DNA of 64,000 nucleotides from Candidatus Latescibacterota bacterium (GTDB lineage: Bacteria > Latescibacterota > UBA2968 > UBA8231), in the NCBI GenBank assembly GCA_965219385.1, contig CBDCNM010000001.1:670631-734630 (forward strand). The letters are read 5' to 3'. Made by a program: the position numbers and the translations under genes. The notes under the pieces were generated by a model. The model had not been told where the DNA came from. It ran no database searches and saw only the letters and a program-made list of their open reading frames with translations. Shown piece by piece: positions 53,185 to 63,230 of this stretch. Numbering within the stretch: the first letter of the stretch is position 1; each line of letters opens with the position of its first letter.

Positions 53185-53199
53185 GTCTTTTTTCTTCCT

Positions 53200-54426
53200 T
53201 TATTTCTCCAGCACCATGCCTTCGCGTTCGAGGCGTGCGAACATCTCCCTGTATTCCGGGGTGCCGTCGTCGTCCCAGTACTCGGTCTCCAGGGGAGCAT
53301 CGTAGCGCATGGGGATGTGGCGCTCAAAGGTAGGCCGCACCATGAAGTGGCCACCGCCGCATATGTGGTACATTCTGGTTCCATTCTTGAAACGGGTTCG
53401 GACGATCCACGGCTGCCAGGGAGCCATTTCCAGATTTTCCAGCCGCTCCAGCTCGTCGCGGTCCAGGGTGAGGCCCAGTCCCGGTTTTTCGGGCACGCGC
53501 ACAAAACCATTGATCGGCTCCAGGCGTTCCTCGACCACGTCGTACTTCCAGACCTCGGTATCGTTGTGGGCGTGGAAGGTGGCGGTGGGAAAGGCCGCCA
53601 TCATGTGCACGGTCATGGCCCGGGTGATGGTACCGCCGACGTTCTGGATCATAAAGGGGATATTGCCCGCGGCGAAAAGCCCGGCCTGGCGCATGACCGC
53701 CCCGATCTTCTGGTGCCCGCGGATATAGGCGTCGGCCGCCCGCATCATGACCTCGTAGGTGGCCTCCAGGGGGGCCTGGTGGCGCACGATGGGCAGTTTG
53801 GAGCGCTGGCGCAACTCGATCGAGGCCTGAATGTCGCGGGCGTCGAGGGCATCTTCAAGGCAGCCGGCAATGGGGTAGTCGGCAAGCTGATCCACCAGGG
53901 CCGGTATGTGGTTATCGGTGGTCACGCCCGTCAGATCGTAGTGGACCTTAAAGCCTGCGGGGGCCACTTGTTGCATGGCCTCGGTCTGGTCGAAAACATT
54001 CTCGAAGGGCGACAGGTGGTACTTCATCCAGGTGAAGCCGCGTGCGGCATAGCGCTCTACGGCCTCGGCCATGCGCCTGGGGTGGGTGGACACGGTCCAG
54101 CTGCCCACCGGCACCCAGGAGCGGTACTTCTGGCCGAAGAGCTTGTAGACCGGCACCCCCGCGGCCTGGCCCATCAGATCGTACATGGCCGTGCCGAGCC
54201 CCAGCGAAACCTCGTCGCCGATCCAGTCGAAGGGGTTGGTGCCGAGGTACTGGTCCATGACCTCCTGGGATTCGTTGCCGCCTTCGCCCAGTCCCACCAG
54301 GCCGTCGTCGGTGTGGGCCACGTACACGGTGCGCGAGGGGGTGCCGTAGTAGTGCTCGAGCGGATAGGCATGCCAATCCTCGTACTCGAGGGTGATGCGG
54401 TGCTTTTCGATTTTGGTGACTTTCAT
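53200..54426 (-). CDS. Mandelate racemase/MLE enolase-superfamily protein
   Basis: AMYDLMGQAAGVPVYKLFG, GFTWMKYH and PGLGLTLD motifs. Confidence 0.82.
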   Translation of the reverse strand: MKVTKIEKHRITLEYEDWHAYPLEHYYGTPSRTVYVAHTDDGLVGLGEGGNESQEVMDQYLGTNPFDWIGDEVSLGLGTAMYDLMGQAAGVPVYKLFGQKYRSWVPVGSWTVSTHPRRMAEAVERYAARGFTWMKYHLSPFENVFDQTEAMQQVAPAGFKVHYDLTGVTTDNHIPALVDQLADYPIAGCLEDALDARDIQASIELRQRSKLPIVRHQAPLEATYEVMMRAADAYIRGHQKIGAVMRQAGLFAAGNIPFMIQNVGGTITRAMTVHMMAAFPTATFHAHNDTEVWKYDVVEERLEPINGFVRVPEKPGLGLTLDRDELERLENLEMAPWQPWIVRTRFKNGTRMYHICGGGHFMVRPTFERHIPMRYDAPLETEYWDDDGTPEYREMFARLEREGMVLEK

Positions 54427-54438
54427 GCAATATTCCTT

Positions 54439-55524
54439 TCAGGCAACATCCGGCGGTCCTTTGTAGCCAATGCTCTCCCAGCCGGCCACATCGCCTCCCG
54501 CGAGCCGGTAAGGGTGGGGGTAGAGCTTGAGCGAGCGGTCCTCCAAAGGCAGCTGGATGCGCCGGTGTCCATCCTGGTCCGAGCGCTTGAGGGCGATGGC
54601 GATTTCCAGGGCCTGGCGATAATCGTGGCCGCTGCTCAGAGGCTCCTCGCCGGTGTCGAAGGCCCGCATCAGGCGCTCGATGGTCGGGATGAAGAAGTTT
54701 TCGGGCTGGGGCTCGTCGAGAAAATCGGGGTATACGGGCGTTGATTCGGGGCCTTTGCCCTGGATGAGGACCGGGGTGGGGCGCGAGAGCCAGGCGTGGC
54801 CGTCTTCCCCTTCTGCCGCGATGAAACAGGATACCGAACGCGGCGCGGGGATTTCGCAGACAATGCCGCCGGACAGACCCAGGCGGCCATGGGCCGGGGA
54901 ATCGGCCTCGACCTCGGGGCATCCCGGCGGGGCCACGTACCCGGGTAGCGAGGGCAGGGTCCAGCCCTCCACCCAGTCCACCTCCATATCCGTGAGGAGA
55001 CGAATCGCCGACAGCTGCACGCAGCCCCCGCCCGATACCTCGGTCGGCAGGCCGCCGGGGATGGCCGCGGATGTCAGGCGGCCGATGTTGCCGGCCCGCA
55101 CCCAGTCGAGGACCTGGGGCATGTAGGGGGTTGCCCAGGCGGATTGGCCGCAGCCAAAGAGGGTGCCGCGCTGGCGACAGATCCGCACCATGGCGTCGGC
55201 CTCGGCCAGTTCGGCGGAGATAGGTTTTTCGCACGAGACCACCCGCACCCCGGCCTCGGCGCAGGCCACCACGGTGGGGTAGTTCTGGGCCACGGGGACG
55301 ATGGCGGAAACGATGTCGGGCACTTCCCGAGCGAGTAATTCCTCCACCGTGTCCAGGACCAGTTCGATGCCGTAGCGCTCGGCAAAGTCCTGGCGGCGGT
55401 CTTTGGCCCGGTCCACCAGGGCGACGATTTCGCAGTCTGGGTGCTCGGCATAGGCCCGCAGGTAAAAGCGGCCCCAGGTGCCGGCACCGCCAACCACGGC
55501 GACTCTGTATTTTTTAGCGCACAT
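54439..55524 (-). CDS. Gfo/Idh/MocA family oxidoreductase
   Basis: VVGGAGTWG Rossmann motif and CEKP. Confidence 0.88.
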   Translation of the reverse strand: MCAKKYRVAVVGGAGTWGRFYLRAYAEHPDCEIVALVDRAKDRRQDFAERYGIELVLDTVEELLAREVPDIVSAIVPVAQNYPTVVACAEAGVRVVSCEKPISAELAEADAMVRICRQRGTLFGCGQSAWATPYMPQVLDWVRAGNIGRLTSAAIPGGLPTEVSGGGCVQLSAIRLLTDMEVDWVEGWTLPSLPGYVAPPGCPEVEADSPAHGRLGLSGGIVCEIPAPRSVSCFIAAEGEDGHAWLSRPTPVLIQGKGPESTPVYPDFLDEPQPENFFIPTIERLMRAFDTGEEPLSSGHDYRQALEIAIALKRSDQDGHRRIQLPLEDRSLKLYPHPYRLAGGDVAGWESIGYKGPPDVA

Positions 55525-55638
55525 ATTGCTTCTCCTTCGGCTCCTGATTGCTGTTTTACACCTTGAACGCCGGTCCGGTTCTTTCCTGGATTCGAGCGGC
55601 GAGTTTGGTGCTGAGATGATGGTCGGCAGCAGGGCTTT

Positions 55639-57198
55639 TCACTGTTTGAACTTGAGGTAGCGGCCCGGCAGGGGAGCGGGCAAATCTTCGACGGGGCTGC
55701 CCGCTGCAATGATGGGCACGCCGTTGACCAGGACGTGCTCCACGCCCACCGAGTATTGGTGCGGCTCCTCGAAGGTGGCACAATCCTGGATTTTTTCCGC
55801 ATCGAAAACCACGATATCCGCGAAGCGGTCTTGTTGCAGGGTGCCGCGGTCCTTGAGACCAAAACGCGCGGCCGGGTAGCCGCTGAGTTTGTAGACTGCC
55901 TCCTCCAGCGCAAACAGCTTGTGGTCGCGCACGCAGGGGCCCAGGAGGCGTGCGGCCGAGCCGTAGATCCGCGGGTGCACAACGCCATCCGGGAAGTAGA
56001 TGCCGTCCGAGCCCATCATGTAGTGGTCGTGCGCCAGAAAGGGGTGCACCAGGGCGTCGTCGCCGTGGTGGCTGACCATGAGCACCGCCAGGTTTTCCTG
56101 GATCAGCAAGTCGGCCAGCGCGTCGGCCGGGGTCCCACCTACCTCCTCTAGGTACTCGAGGGCGCTTTTTCCAGCGTAGCCGCTGTTGTCCTTGCTCGCC
56201 AGCCAGGCCAGGCGGATCCGGTCCAGGGGGACGCTTTCCAGACAGCGGGCAAAGCGGGCGCGAATCCGGGGATCGGCGAGTTTGGCCGGAACGTTCAGGG
56301 GGCCGTCTTCCCACACTTCGTAGGGCAGAAAGAAGCTGAGCATGGTGGAACCCGGGAGGTAAGGGTACACATCAAAGGAGAAATCCACTTCCTGGGTGGC
56401 GACTTGGTCGACATAGGTGAGGAGGGTATCGATTTGTTCGGAGGTGCCCTTAAAGTGGGATATGTGCACCGGGACTTTGGCGCGCCGGCCGATTTCCACG
56501 GCTTCCTGGACCCCTTTTAGGGTGCCTTTCTTGTAGCGTACGTGGGTCGCGTAGAGACCTTGCTGCGCCGCCATGGCGGCGCAGGCCTCGACCAGTTCGT
56601 CGGTGGTGGCAAAACACTCGGAGATGTAGTCCAGGCCGGTCGAGATCCCCACGGCACCCTCGGCCATGCCCTGTTCGACCGCGGCCAGGATCTCCTGCAT
56701 CTGGATATCGTCCGGGACCTGGCGGCCCCAGCCGCAGGCCATGGTGCGCAGATTGGCGTAGGGGATATGGGTAATGGCGTTCTGGGCGCTGTTGCCGTGG
56801 ATCAGGGACATGTAGTCGGCCAGGCTCTCCCAGCCCTGGTCCTCCCGGAGGAGCAGGCCGTTGAGGCCCCTAAGGTAGTAGATCCAGTGGTGGCGGGTAT
56901 GGGCATCGAGCGGGGCGTAGGAGATGCCGTCGGCCATGATGACTTCGGTGGTGAAGCCCTGCGTGGTCTTGGGCAGGAGATGGGGGATTTTGAGAAGCCA
57001 GGCATCCGAGTGGTTGTGGACATCGACAAACCCCGGGGCCACGATCTTGTCCCGGGCGTCGATGACAACACCCGCCTCTTGCTCCGCAAGATCGCCGATG
57101 GAGCAGATGCGGTCGGCCCGAATCCCCAGGTCGGCCTTGTAGCGGGCGGTCCTGGTGCCATCGATCAGGGTGCCGTTCTTTATGATGGTATCGTACAT
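55639..57198 (-). CDS. N-acyl-D-amino-acid deacylase (D-aminoacylase) family
   Basis: PGFVDVHNHSD, STGLDY, HISHFK, GSDG, HPRIYG and ADIVVFD motifs. Confidence 0.9.
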   Translation of the reverse strand: MYDTIIKNGTLIDGTRTARYKADLGIRADRICSIGDLAEQEAGVVIDARDKIVAPGFVDVHNHSDAWLLKIPHLLPKTTQGFTTEVIMADGISYAPLDAHTRHHWIYYLRGLNGLLLREDQGWESLADYMSLIHGNSAQNAITHIPYANLRTMACGWGRQVPDDIQMQEILAAVEQGMAEGAVGISTGLDYISECFATTDELVEACAAMAAQQGLYATHVRYKKGTLKGVQEAVEIGRRAKVPVHISHFKGTSEQIDTLLTYVDQVATQEVDFSFDVYPYLPGSTMLSFFLPYEVWEDGPLNVPAKLADPRIRARFARCLESVPLDRIRLAWLASKDNSGYAGKSALEYLEEVGGTPADALADLLIQENLAVLMVSHHGDDALVHPFLAHDHYMMGSDGIYFPDGVVHPRIYGSAARLLGPCVRDHKLFALEEAVYKLSGYPAARFGLKDRGTLQQDRFADIVVFDAEKIQDCATFEEPHQYSVGVEHVLVNGVPIIAAGSPVEDLPAPLPGRYLKFKQ

Positions 57199-57207
57199 TC
57201 GGCCTCC

Positions 57208-58614
57208 TTAGCCCTGTAAAACCTCGACCTCGAGATCGTCGAAGTAGGTGGTTCCCCCACCGTCCTGGCGCAGGATGATGCTGATGGTGCTTATTTCGGG
57301 CGGAGGAGGGCCGTGGATTTCGGCCTCTACCCGGGTCCAGTCGTGGGTGCCCACCAGTTTTTGCGAGCAGATGTAAGGGTAGCGCTCGGGGTAGTTGTAC
57401 ACGGCCCAGCGCAGGGCGAGGAAGGAACCCCGGCCCTGGACATCTTTGGTCTTGATATAGACCGCGACCCGGAAACCGGTGGAGTGGATCCACTTCTGGG
57501 TCCAGGCCCCGTCGCTTTCGCGGGTCATGGTCCACTCGGTGGGGCCGGGGGTATCCTTGGAGATCCTCAGGGAGTAATTGTCCGAGCGCCCCTGAGTCTT
57601 GCACCACTCGGCACCTTCGCCGCCTTCGGGCTCCCAAACCCAGGGATCGGTGTTGCCGGGAGTGGGCTGGTTGAGGCGCAGGCCCTTTTCAAAACTGGTA
57701 CAACGCTCGTACATGGGCAGTTCCTCCAGGCCCTTGAGCGCGACTTTGGGGATGGGTTCGGCCGTCTTCATCATTGCTTGCACCTTTTCGTCCGGGCACA
57801 GGCGAATGCGGAAGTGGGGACAGATTGGCGCGTAGAGTTCATCCCGGGTGTAGTTGCCGCGGAAGTGGATATCATAGCCCCAGTTGCACACCGCGATAGA
57901 GGTGCGGTCGGCGGTTTCGCCCACGTACTCGAAGGCCGGATTGTTGCCCGGATCGTAGCCCAGGACGAAGAGCCCATCGCGCTTGAGGGACTGGGGCGAG
58001 GGAATGCCCGTGGCCATGTGGTTGATGGGCATCTGCCAGATGGTCCCGTCCGGGTTTTCGGCCAGGAGGTGAGTGTAGCGCTTTTTCCACATGCCGGGAA
58101 AAGCAACCGTGGGGCCGGGGATATCGTTGTACCAGGGATCGCAGTACTCGAAGCCGACCTTATCGACCAGGTCGAACACCTCGGGACTGTGGATTTCCAG
58201 GTGGGCCTCGAAGTCGTATATGTAGGAGCCGATTCCCTCGTCGTAGGTCAGGGTCAGAACCCGGCGCGAGGTGGCCACGCCTCCTGGATCCCGGGTGCGT
58301 ACGACCAATCTCAAACAATCCGTTTCCTGGCCTTCTATCTCAAGTCCGACCAGCTCGGTGGTGGCCAGGACCCGGTGCTGGAAGACCCAGTAGAGTTGAA
58401 CCCCTGAAACCAGGGGCCGGCCCCCCGGCGCCAGTTTCAAATCGCGGAGGTTGATCGGCTTGAGGTTTCCGTCAAAATAGCGTAAGTTTTGCTCGGGTTG
58501 TTCGATGATTTTGTCCTCTAAGCGGGCGATGGGTTCACCGTGGTCGTAGAGCCACTGTTCGCCGGCGCAAACTCCTCCGTGGGTGCGGAAGGAAAAGAGG
58601 GCTTGGTGGGGCAT
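57208..58614 (-). CDS. Hypothetical protein with C-terminal CBM4/9-like jelly-roll domain
   Basis: Intact 468-aa ORF with core-like codon usage; C-terminal YIKTKDV...GTHDWTRVE...GTTYFDDLEV pattern. Confidence 0.65.
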   Translation of the reverse strand: MPHQALFSFRTHGGVCAGEQWLYDHGEPIARLEDKIIEQPEQNLRYFDGNLKPINLRDLKLAPGGRPLVSGVQLYWVFQHRVLATTELVGLEIEGQETDCLRLVVRTRDPGGVATSRRVLTLTYDEGIGSYIYDFEAHLEIHSPEVFDLVDKVGFEYCDPWYNDIPGPTVAFPGMWKKRYTHLLAENPDGTIWQMPINHMATGIPSPQSLKRDGLFVLGYDPGNNPAFEYVGETADRTSIAVCNWGYDIHFRGNYTRDELYAPICPHFRIRLCPDEKVQAMMKTAEPIPKVALKGLEELPMYERCTSFEKGLRLNQPTPGNTDPWVWEPEGGEGAEWCKTQGRSDNYSLRISKDTPGPTEWTMTRESDGAWTQKWIHSTGFRVAVYIKTKDVQGRGSFLALRWAVYNYPERYPYICSQKLVGTHDWTRVEAEIHGPPPPEISTISIILRQDGGGTTYFDDLEVEVLQG

Positions 58615-58776
58615 GATTTCGCCTTTCTGGTAAGGGGTGTCGATGGTTGCGCGAAGGAGATCTTTGGAAAGGGTTCCAAGATATTAACCGCTACTCGGCG
58701 CTCTGGCAAGTAGATTGTCGCAGGGGCTGCAAACCGGACGGGACGGAGAACGCAAACTTTCGAGAGAGGAGATGTT

Positions 58777-59601
58777 TTGCGCATCATTGATCCGCACGTG
58801 CATGTATGGAAGAACGATCCGGCTTTTCCCTGGCCGGCCGAAAACACCAGTCCGCCCGAAGAGGACTACACCGCCGAGATGTTGCTGGAGTTGATGGCGG
58901 CCAACGGGGTGGAGCAGACGGTTCTGGTGCAGGTGATTCACTACCGCTGGGACAACAGCTACGTGGCCCACGTGATTGAGAACTACCCCGACAAGTTCAT
59001 GGCTGTGGGCCGGGTCGACCCGGAAGATCCGGCCAATGCCGACCATTTGAGTATGTGGACCGAAGAGTACGGCCTGCACGGGGTCCGCTTGAGTCCTTCA
59101 GCCGATGCGGCGGGGGACTGGTTCAGGGGGCCTTTGATGGATCCGCTTTTTGCCCGCGCCCAGAAACTGAGGGTGCCCATGCTCATTTTGACCAAGGCCA
59201 GCCGGCTGCTGGATCTGGCCCGGCTGCTGGAGGGGTACCCGGATCTGGACGTGTGCATCGACCACATGGCCGATGTGCACCCCGACGATGCGGAAGGCCG
59301 CGCCATACTCATGGATCTGGCCCGTTTCCCCAGGGTCTACGTCAAGATCAGCCACACCTGGTCTATTTCAAAACAAGGCTATCCCTGGGCCGATACCCAC
59401 GGCTTGGTTGAAGAGGTCTACCAGAGCTTCGGCCCCAGGCGGGTCATGTGGGGCACGGACTGGCCGGTGAGTTTGACCAAGGCCGAGTACCCCCAGCCCC
59501 TGAGCGCGGTGCGCGACGAGATGAAGTTTATCGCCCGGGAGGATCTGGAGTGGGTTCTGGGCAAGACCGTACTGCAATTGTGGCCTTTCGAGCAAAAGTA
59601 A
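58777..59601 (+). CDS. Amidohydrolase_2 family protein (lactonase-like)
   Basis: IIDPHVHVW, IDHMA, YVKIS and MWGTDWP motifs. Confidence 0.9.
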   Translation: MRIIDPHVHVWKNDPAFPWPAENTSPPEEDYTAEMLLELMAANGVEQTVLVQVIHYRWDNSYVAHVIENYPDKFMAVGRVDPEDPANADHLSMWTEEYGLHGVRLSPSADAAGDWFRGPLMDPLFARAQKLRVPMLILTKASRLLDLARLLEGYPDLDVCIDHMADVHPDDAEGRAILMDLARFPRVYVKISHTWSISKQGYPWADTHGLVEEVYQSFGPRRVMWGTDWPVSLTKAEYPQPLSAVRDEMKFIAREDLEWVLGKTVLQLWPFEQK

Positions 59602-59612
59602 GGGGATAGACC

Positions 59613-60479
59613 ATGTTGAACATCGGCATAGTAGGCGCCGAAAACAGCCACACCGCCGCCATTGCCAAGGTGGTGAACGTGGAAAAAAGAGTGCGCGGGG
59701 TGCGGGTGAGCCACGTGTGGGGAGAGACCCCGGGCTTTGCGCGGGCCGCCGCTGAGGCCGGCCAGATCCCCCATATTGTACAAAAACCCGAAGACTTGAT
59801 CGGGGCGGTGGATGCAGCGGTGGTGGATCACCGCCACCCGCGCTTCCACCTGCCGGCGGCCCGGCCTTTGCTGGAAACCCGAATGCCGCTGTTCATCGAC
59901 AAACCCTTTTGTTACCGCCGGGCCGAGGGCCGGCGTTTCCTGGCGCGGGCAGTGGAGCTGGAGGTGCCGGTCTGTTCCTTTTCGGTGGTGCCCAAACAGG
60001 CCGCCTTTGTGGCCCTGCACAAGGAAGTGCGCAGGCTGGGCCCAATCTACGCCGTGGTTTCTACCGGCCGTTGCGACATCAAATCCCCCTGGGGGGGCAT
60101 CTTTTTCTACGGCATCCACCAGGTGGACATGGTGCTCAGGCTCACGGGCTACGATCTGAGTCACGTCCAGGTCCACAAGGGCAGAGGCGCCAACCACGTG
60201 GCCACCCTGGCCTATAAAGACGGTAAAGTGGCCACCCTGAACCTGATCGGCGCCGGGGATGCCCCTTTTCATCTGAGCGTCATCGGCGCAAAAGGGAGGC
60301 TCGACCAGAGCATTGCTTTCGACGAAAACACCTACTTGTCGGGCATCCGCTCCTTTGTGCGCTTGTTCAGGAGCGGCAAAACCGACGAAACCGAGGAGAC
60401 CATGTTGGGGCCGGTGGCGGTCCTGGAAGCCCTGGAAAAATCCATTGCCGGCAAGGGCCGGGTCCGAGTAACTATTTAG
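59613..60479 (+). CDS. Gfo/Idh/MocA family oxidoreductase
   Basis: IGIVGAENSH, FIDKP and YGIH motifs. Confidence 0.85.
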   Translation: MLNIGIVGAENSHTAAIAKVVNVEKRVRGVRVSHVWGETPGFARAAAEAGQIPHIVQKPEDLIGAVDAAVVDHRHPRFHLPAARPLLETRMPLFIDKPFCYRRAEGRRFLARAVELEVPVCSFSVVPKQAAFVALHKEVRRLGPIYAVVSTGRCDIKSPWGGIFFYGIHQVDMVLRLTGYDLSHVQVHKGRGANHVATLAYKDGKVATLNLIGAGDAPFHLSVIGAKGRLDQSIAFDENTYLSGIRSFVRLFRSGKTDETEETMLGPVAVLEALEKSIAGKGRVRVTI

Positions 60480-60491
60480 AGGGGGAGTAGC

Positions 60492-61622
60492 ATGGCTATA
60501 CAAATCAAACCTGCTGAAGAAACCCGCTACGATGCCATCTCACTGGGGGAGGTGCTGCTGCGCCTGGATCCGGGGTCCGTGCCCACGGCCCGGGCCCGAA
60601 CCGCGCTGATCTGGCACGGAGGGGGGGAAACCAACGTGACCGAGGGCCTGAGTTGCGCCTTTGGTCTGCGCACGGCCGTGGTGACGGCCCTAGTAGACGA
60701 TGGCATTGGCCGCAACATCGAAAACCAGCTGCGCGAAGCCGGAGTGAGTACCGCCCATATCATCTGGTTCGACAACAGCGGCAAAGGGCAGTACAGCACC
60801 GATGGCAAGGGCACCCTGCACAACGGCATCAACTTCACCTGGGCCGGCAAAGGTGTGCTGCCTTCGGTGACCGAGTACTACCGCGCCCACACCCCCATAC
60901 GCGAAATCGGACCGGGGGATGTGGACTGGGACCACCTCTTCGGCGAGCTGGGGACGCGCTGGTTCAGCACCGGTGGAATCTACACCCTGCTCTCGCCCAA
61001 GACCGCGGATCTGGCCGTAGAGGCCATGCGCAAGGCCGGGGAGCACGGGGCCGGGCGTTCCTTTGACCTGAATTACCGTTCCAAGGTTGAACCCAGCAAG
61101 GAGCGGGCCCGCGAAATCAACCGCTCCATTGTGGCCCACGTGGACTTCTTGGTGGGCAATCACGACGATTTTTCCGACGCCCTGGGCTACGAGACCCGCC
61201 AGGTAGCCAAAGAGGCGTCCTTTGCCGAGTGGTTGGATGCCTACACCGATATGTTGCGCACGGTGTCCGGGGATTACGCCAATCTAAAATTCATCGGCAC
61301 CCAGCTGCGGGGGGCGCTCAGCGCCGACCGCATCAACTGGGGCGCGGTGCTCTACGACGTGGAGGAGGATCGGATCCTGCGGGCCGCGGTGCGCGAAAAC
61401 ATCGAAATCGCCGATCGCACTGGCGGTGGCGATTCATTTGCCTCGGGGGTGATCGCGGCCCTGCTCAAGGGCAGGGAACCCGAAGAGGCGGTGCAGTGGG
61501 GCGCGGCCCACGGGATCCTGGTGCAGGAAACCCCGGGCGATACCTCCATGGTGACGCAGGGCGAAGTAGAAAAGGAAGTTGCGCGCGCCCTCAAGGGCGG
61601 GGGGGTATCGGCCCTGCGGTAG
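60492..61622 (+). CDS. PfkB family sugar kinase (KdgK-like)
   Basis: LGEVLLRL, GGGETNV, FDLNYR and DRTGGGDSFASG motifs. Confidence 0.92.
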   Translation: MAIQIKPAEETRYDAISLGEVLLRLDPGSVPTARARTALIWHGGGETNVTEGLSCAFGLRTAVVTALVDDGIGRNIENQLREAGVSTAHIIWFDNSGKGQYSTDGKGTLHNGINFTWAGKGVLPSVTEYYRAHTPIREIGPGDVDWDHLFGELGTRWFSTGGIYTLLSPKTADLAVEAMRKAGEHGAGRSFDLNYRSKVEPSKERAREINRSIVAHVDFLVGNHDDFSDALGYETRQVAKEASFAEWLDAYTDMLRTVSGDYANLKFIGTQLRGALSADRINWGAVLYDVEEDRILRAAVRENIEIADRTGGGDSFASGVIAALLKGREPEEAVQWGAAHGILVQETPGDTSMVTQGEVEKEVARALKGGGVSALR

Positions 61623-61644
61623 GCTTCCAGAGCGAGAAAAACAA

Positions 61645-63219
61645 GTGGGTGAACGAAATCCTGTACTGCACAGAGGTCGCGGTGCTATTGGGCTCGCTGT
61701 TTCACTGGCCTGTATCCTGTGGTACTCCGGAGGAGCGCAGGGGCAGAATCTGACCCCTGAGGCCTCCCGAAGGAGCGTAGAGCACTATGAGCAAGGCCAG
61801 CGCTACGCCAAACAGGGGGACTATAAAAATGCCGAGAAGGACTATAAAAAAGCCCTGGAAATAAATGCAAACAACCTGCGCGCTCGTGACGGTCTCGGCT
61901 TTGTCTATGCCTTGCAAGGCAGATATCCAGAAGCAATGGTGGAACTTAAAGAGGCGATTCGAATCGATCCGAACTACACACCTTCGCTCTACAAGTTAGG
62001 CAAGCTACTCTTCATAATCAAAGAATACGACAAGGCTAAAGATGCCTACATCAAGACCATCGAGCTCGATCCCAAGTACGCTCTTGCGCATCATGGTCTC
62101 GGCGTTATTTACACCCAAACTCAGGATAGGGAAAAAGCAGCACGGAGTTTCGCTGCAGCGGTCAGGCTCAATCCCGATTATGGGCCTTCTCGCTACCGGC
62201 TGGGGATGGTATACCTGGAAGAGCAAGACTACTTTAAAGCTATACGGGAATTGCAACTAGCCGCAAAGCTCATCCCCGGGGAATCGAATGTTCACTACGC
62301 GCTCGGGAATGCCTACATGGCCATAGGCAGACTTTCCGAGGCGACGGACGCTTTCAAAAGAACCTTACAACTCGATCCGCAACGCGCCGAGGCGCACGAT
62401 AAGTTGGGGCTGGTTTACACCGAACAATCCCTCGCCCTTTTAGGAGCGGTATTCGTAGACCAGGACGGACTTGAAAAGGCGATTGTGGAACATCGTCGGG
62501 CAGTGGAACTGGCTCCGGACAATGGCTGGTTTCACTACAAGCTCGGTACGGCTTATGAACGACAGCGAAGCTACGATGCGGCGGCGGAGCAATTCAGGAA
62601 AACCCTTGGGCTAGATCCAGATATAGCACAGGCTTCCTACCGCCTCGGAATGATATACTCGAGAAGCAAAAAATACGATGAAGCCGTCCAGGCCTACAAA
62701 CAAGCGATCCGTCTCGAACCTGATAATACAGATTTCCACTACGGTTTGGGGACGGTATATGCCAAGATCGGCAAATCCGAAGAAGCGATCGAAAAATTCA
62801 AGAAAGCAATCCAACTGGATGACTATAACTCAAAAGCACATTTCAGCCTCGCCAATGTCTATCTGCAGCAGGGCAAGCGCGAAGAGGGCAGGAAGGAAAT
62901 GGAGATATTCAGGCGTCAGCGCGAGGGCAATATAACGGATCTGGAACAGAACGCCGCCCTGGTTCCCGACAATCCGGAAACCCACTACAAATTAGCGTTG
63001 CTGTATGCAAAACAGGACAGGCATATAAAAGCTATCCATCAATTCAAGCTCGCCATTGGTCTGGATCCCTATAATCCGGAGTATCATCGTCGTCTCAGAG
63101 ATTCCTACAAGAAAACGGGCAGACATCAAGAGGCGGAACGAGAATTGGAGATCTTCCAGAAACTGACCAATAAACCCGCAAAAAAATCGGCTACCAGCAC
63201 CGTCCCCGGAGCGGACTGA
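61645..63219 (+). CDS. Secreted tetratricopeptide-repeat protein
   Basis: Signal peptide then many 34-aa TPRs (xAxYxLG...A...L.P); start approximate. Confidence 0.9.
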   Translation: MGERNPVLHRGRGAIGLAVSLACILWYSGGAQGQNLTPEASRRSVEHYEQGQRYAKQGDYKNAEKDYKKALEINANNLRARDGLGFVYALQGRYPEAMVELKEAIRIDPNYTPSLYKLGKLLFIIKEYDKAKDAYIKTIELDPKYALAHHGLGVIYTQTQDREKAARSFAAAVRLNPDYGPSRYRLGMVYLEEQDYFKAIRELQLAAKLIPGESNVHYALGNAYMAIGRLSEATDAFKRTLQLDPQRAEAHDKLGLVYTEQSLALLGAVFVDQDGLEKAIVEHRRAVELAPDNGWFHYKLGTAYERQRSYDAAAEQFRKTLGLDPDIAQASYRLGMIYSRSKKYDEAVQAYKQAIRLEPDNTDFHYGLGTVYAKIGKSEEAIEKFKKAIQLDDYNSKAHFSLANVYLQQGKREEGRKEMEIFRRQREGNITDLEQNAALVPDNPETHYKLALLYAKQDRHIKAIHQFKLAIGLDPYNPEYHRRLRDSYKKTGRHQEAERELEIFQKLTNKPAKKSATSTVPGAD

Positions 63220-63230
63220 AAAAAATCAAC

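Noticed and set aside
52651..54744. 697-aa plus-strand ORF, and similar long ORFs such as 36086-37942, 16379-18067, 28418-30052 and 38581-40284
   Set aside because: These are antisense or off-frame shadows of well-supported genes in high-GC DNA, with no recognisable motifs.
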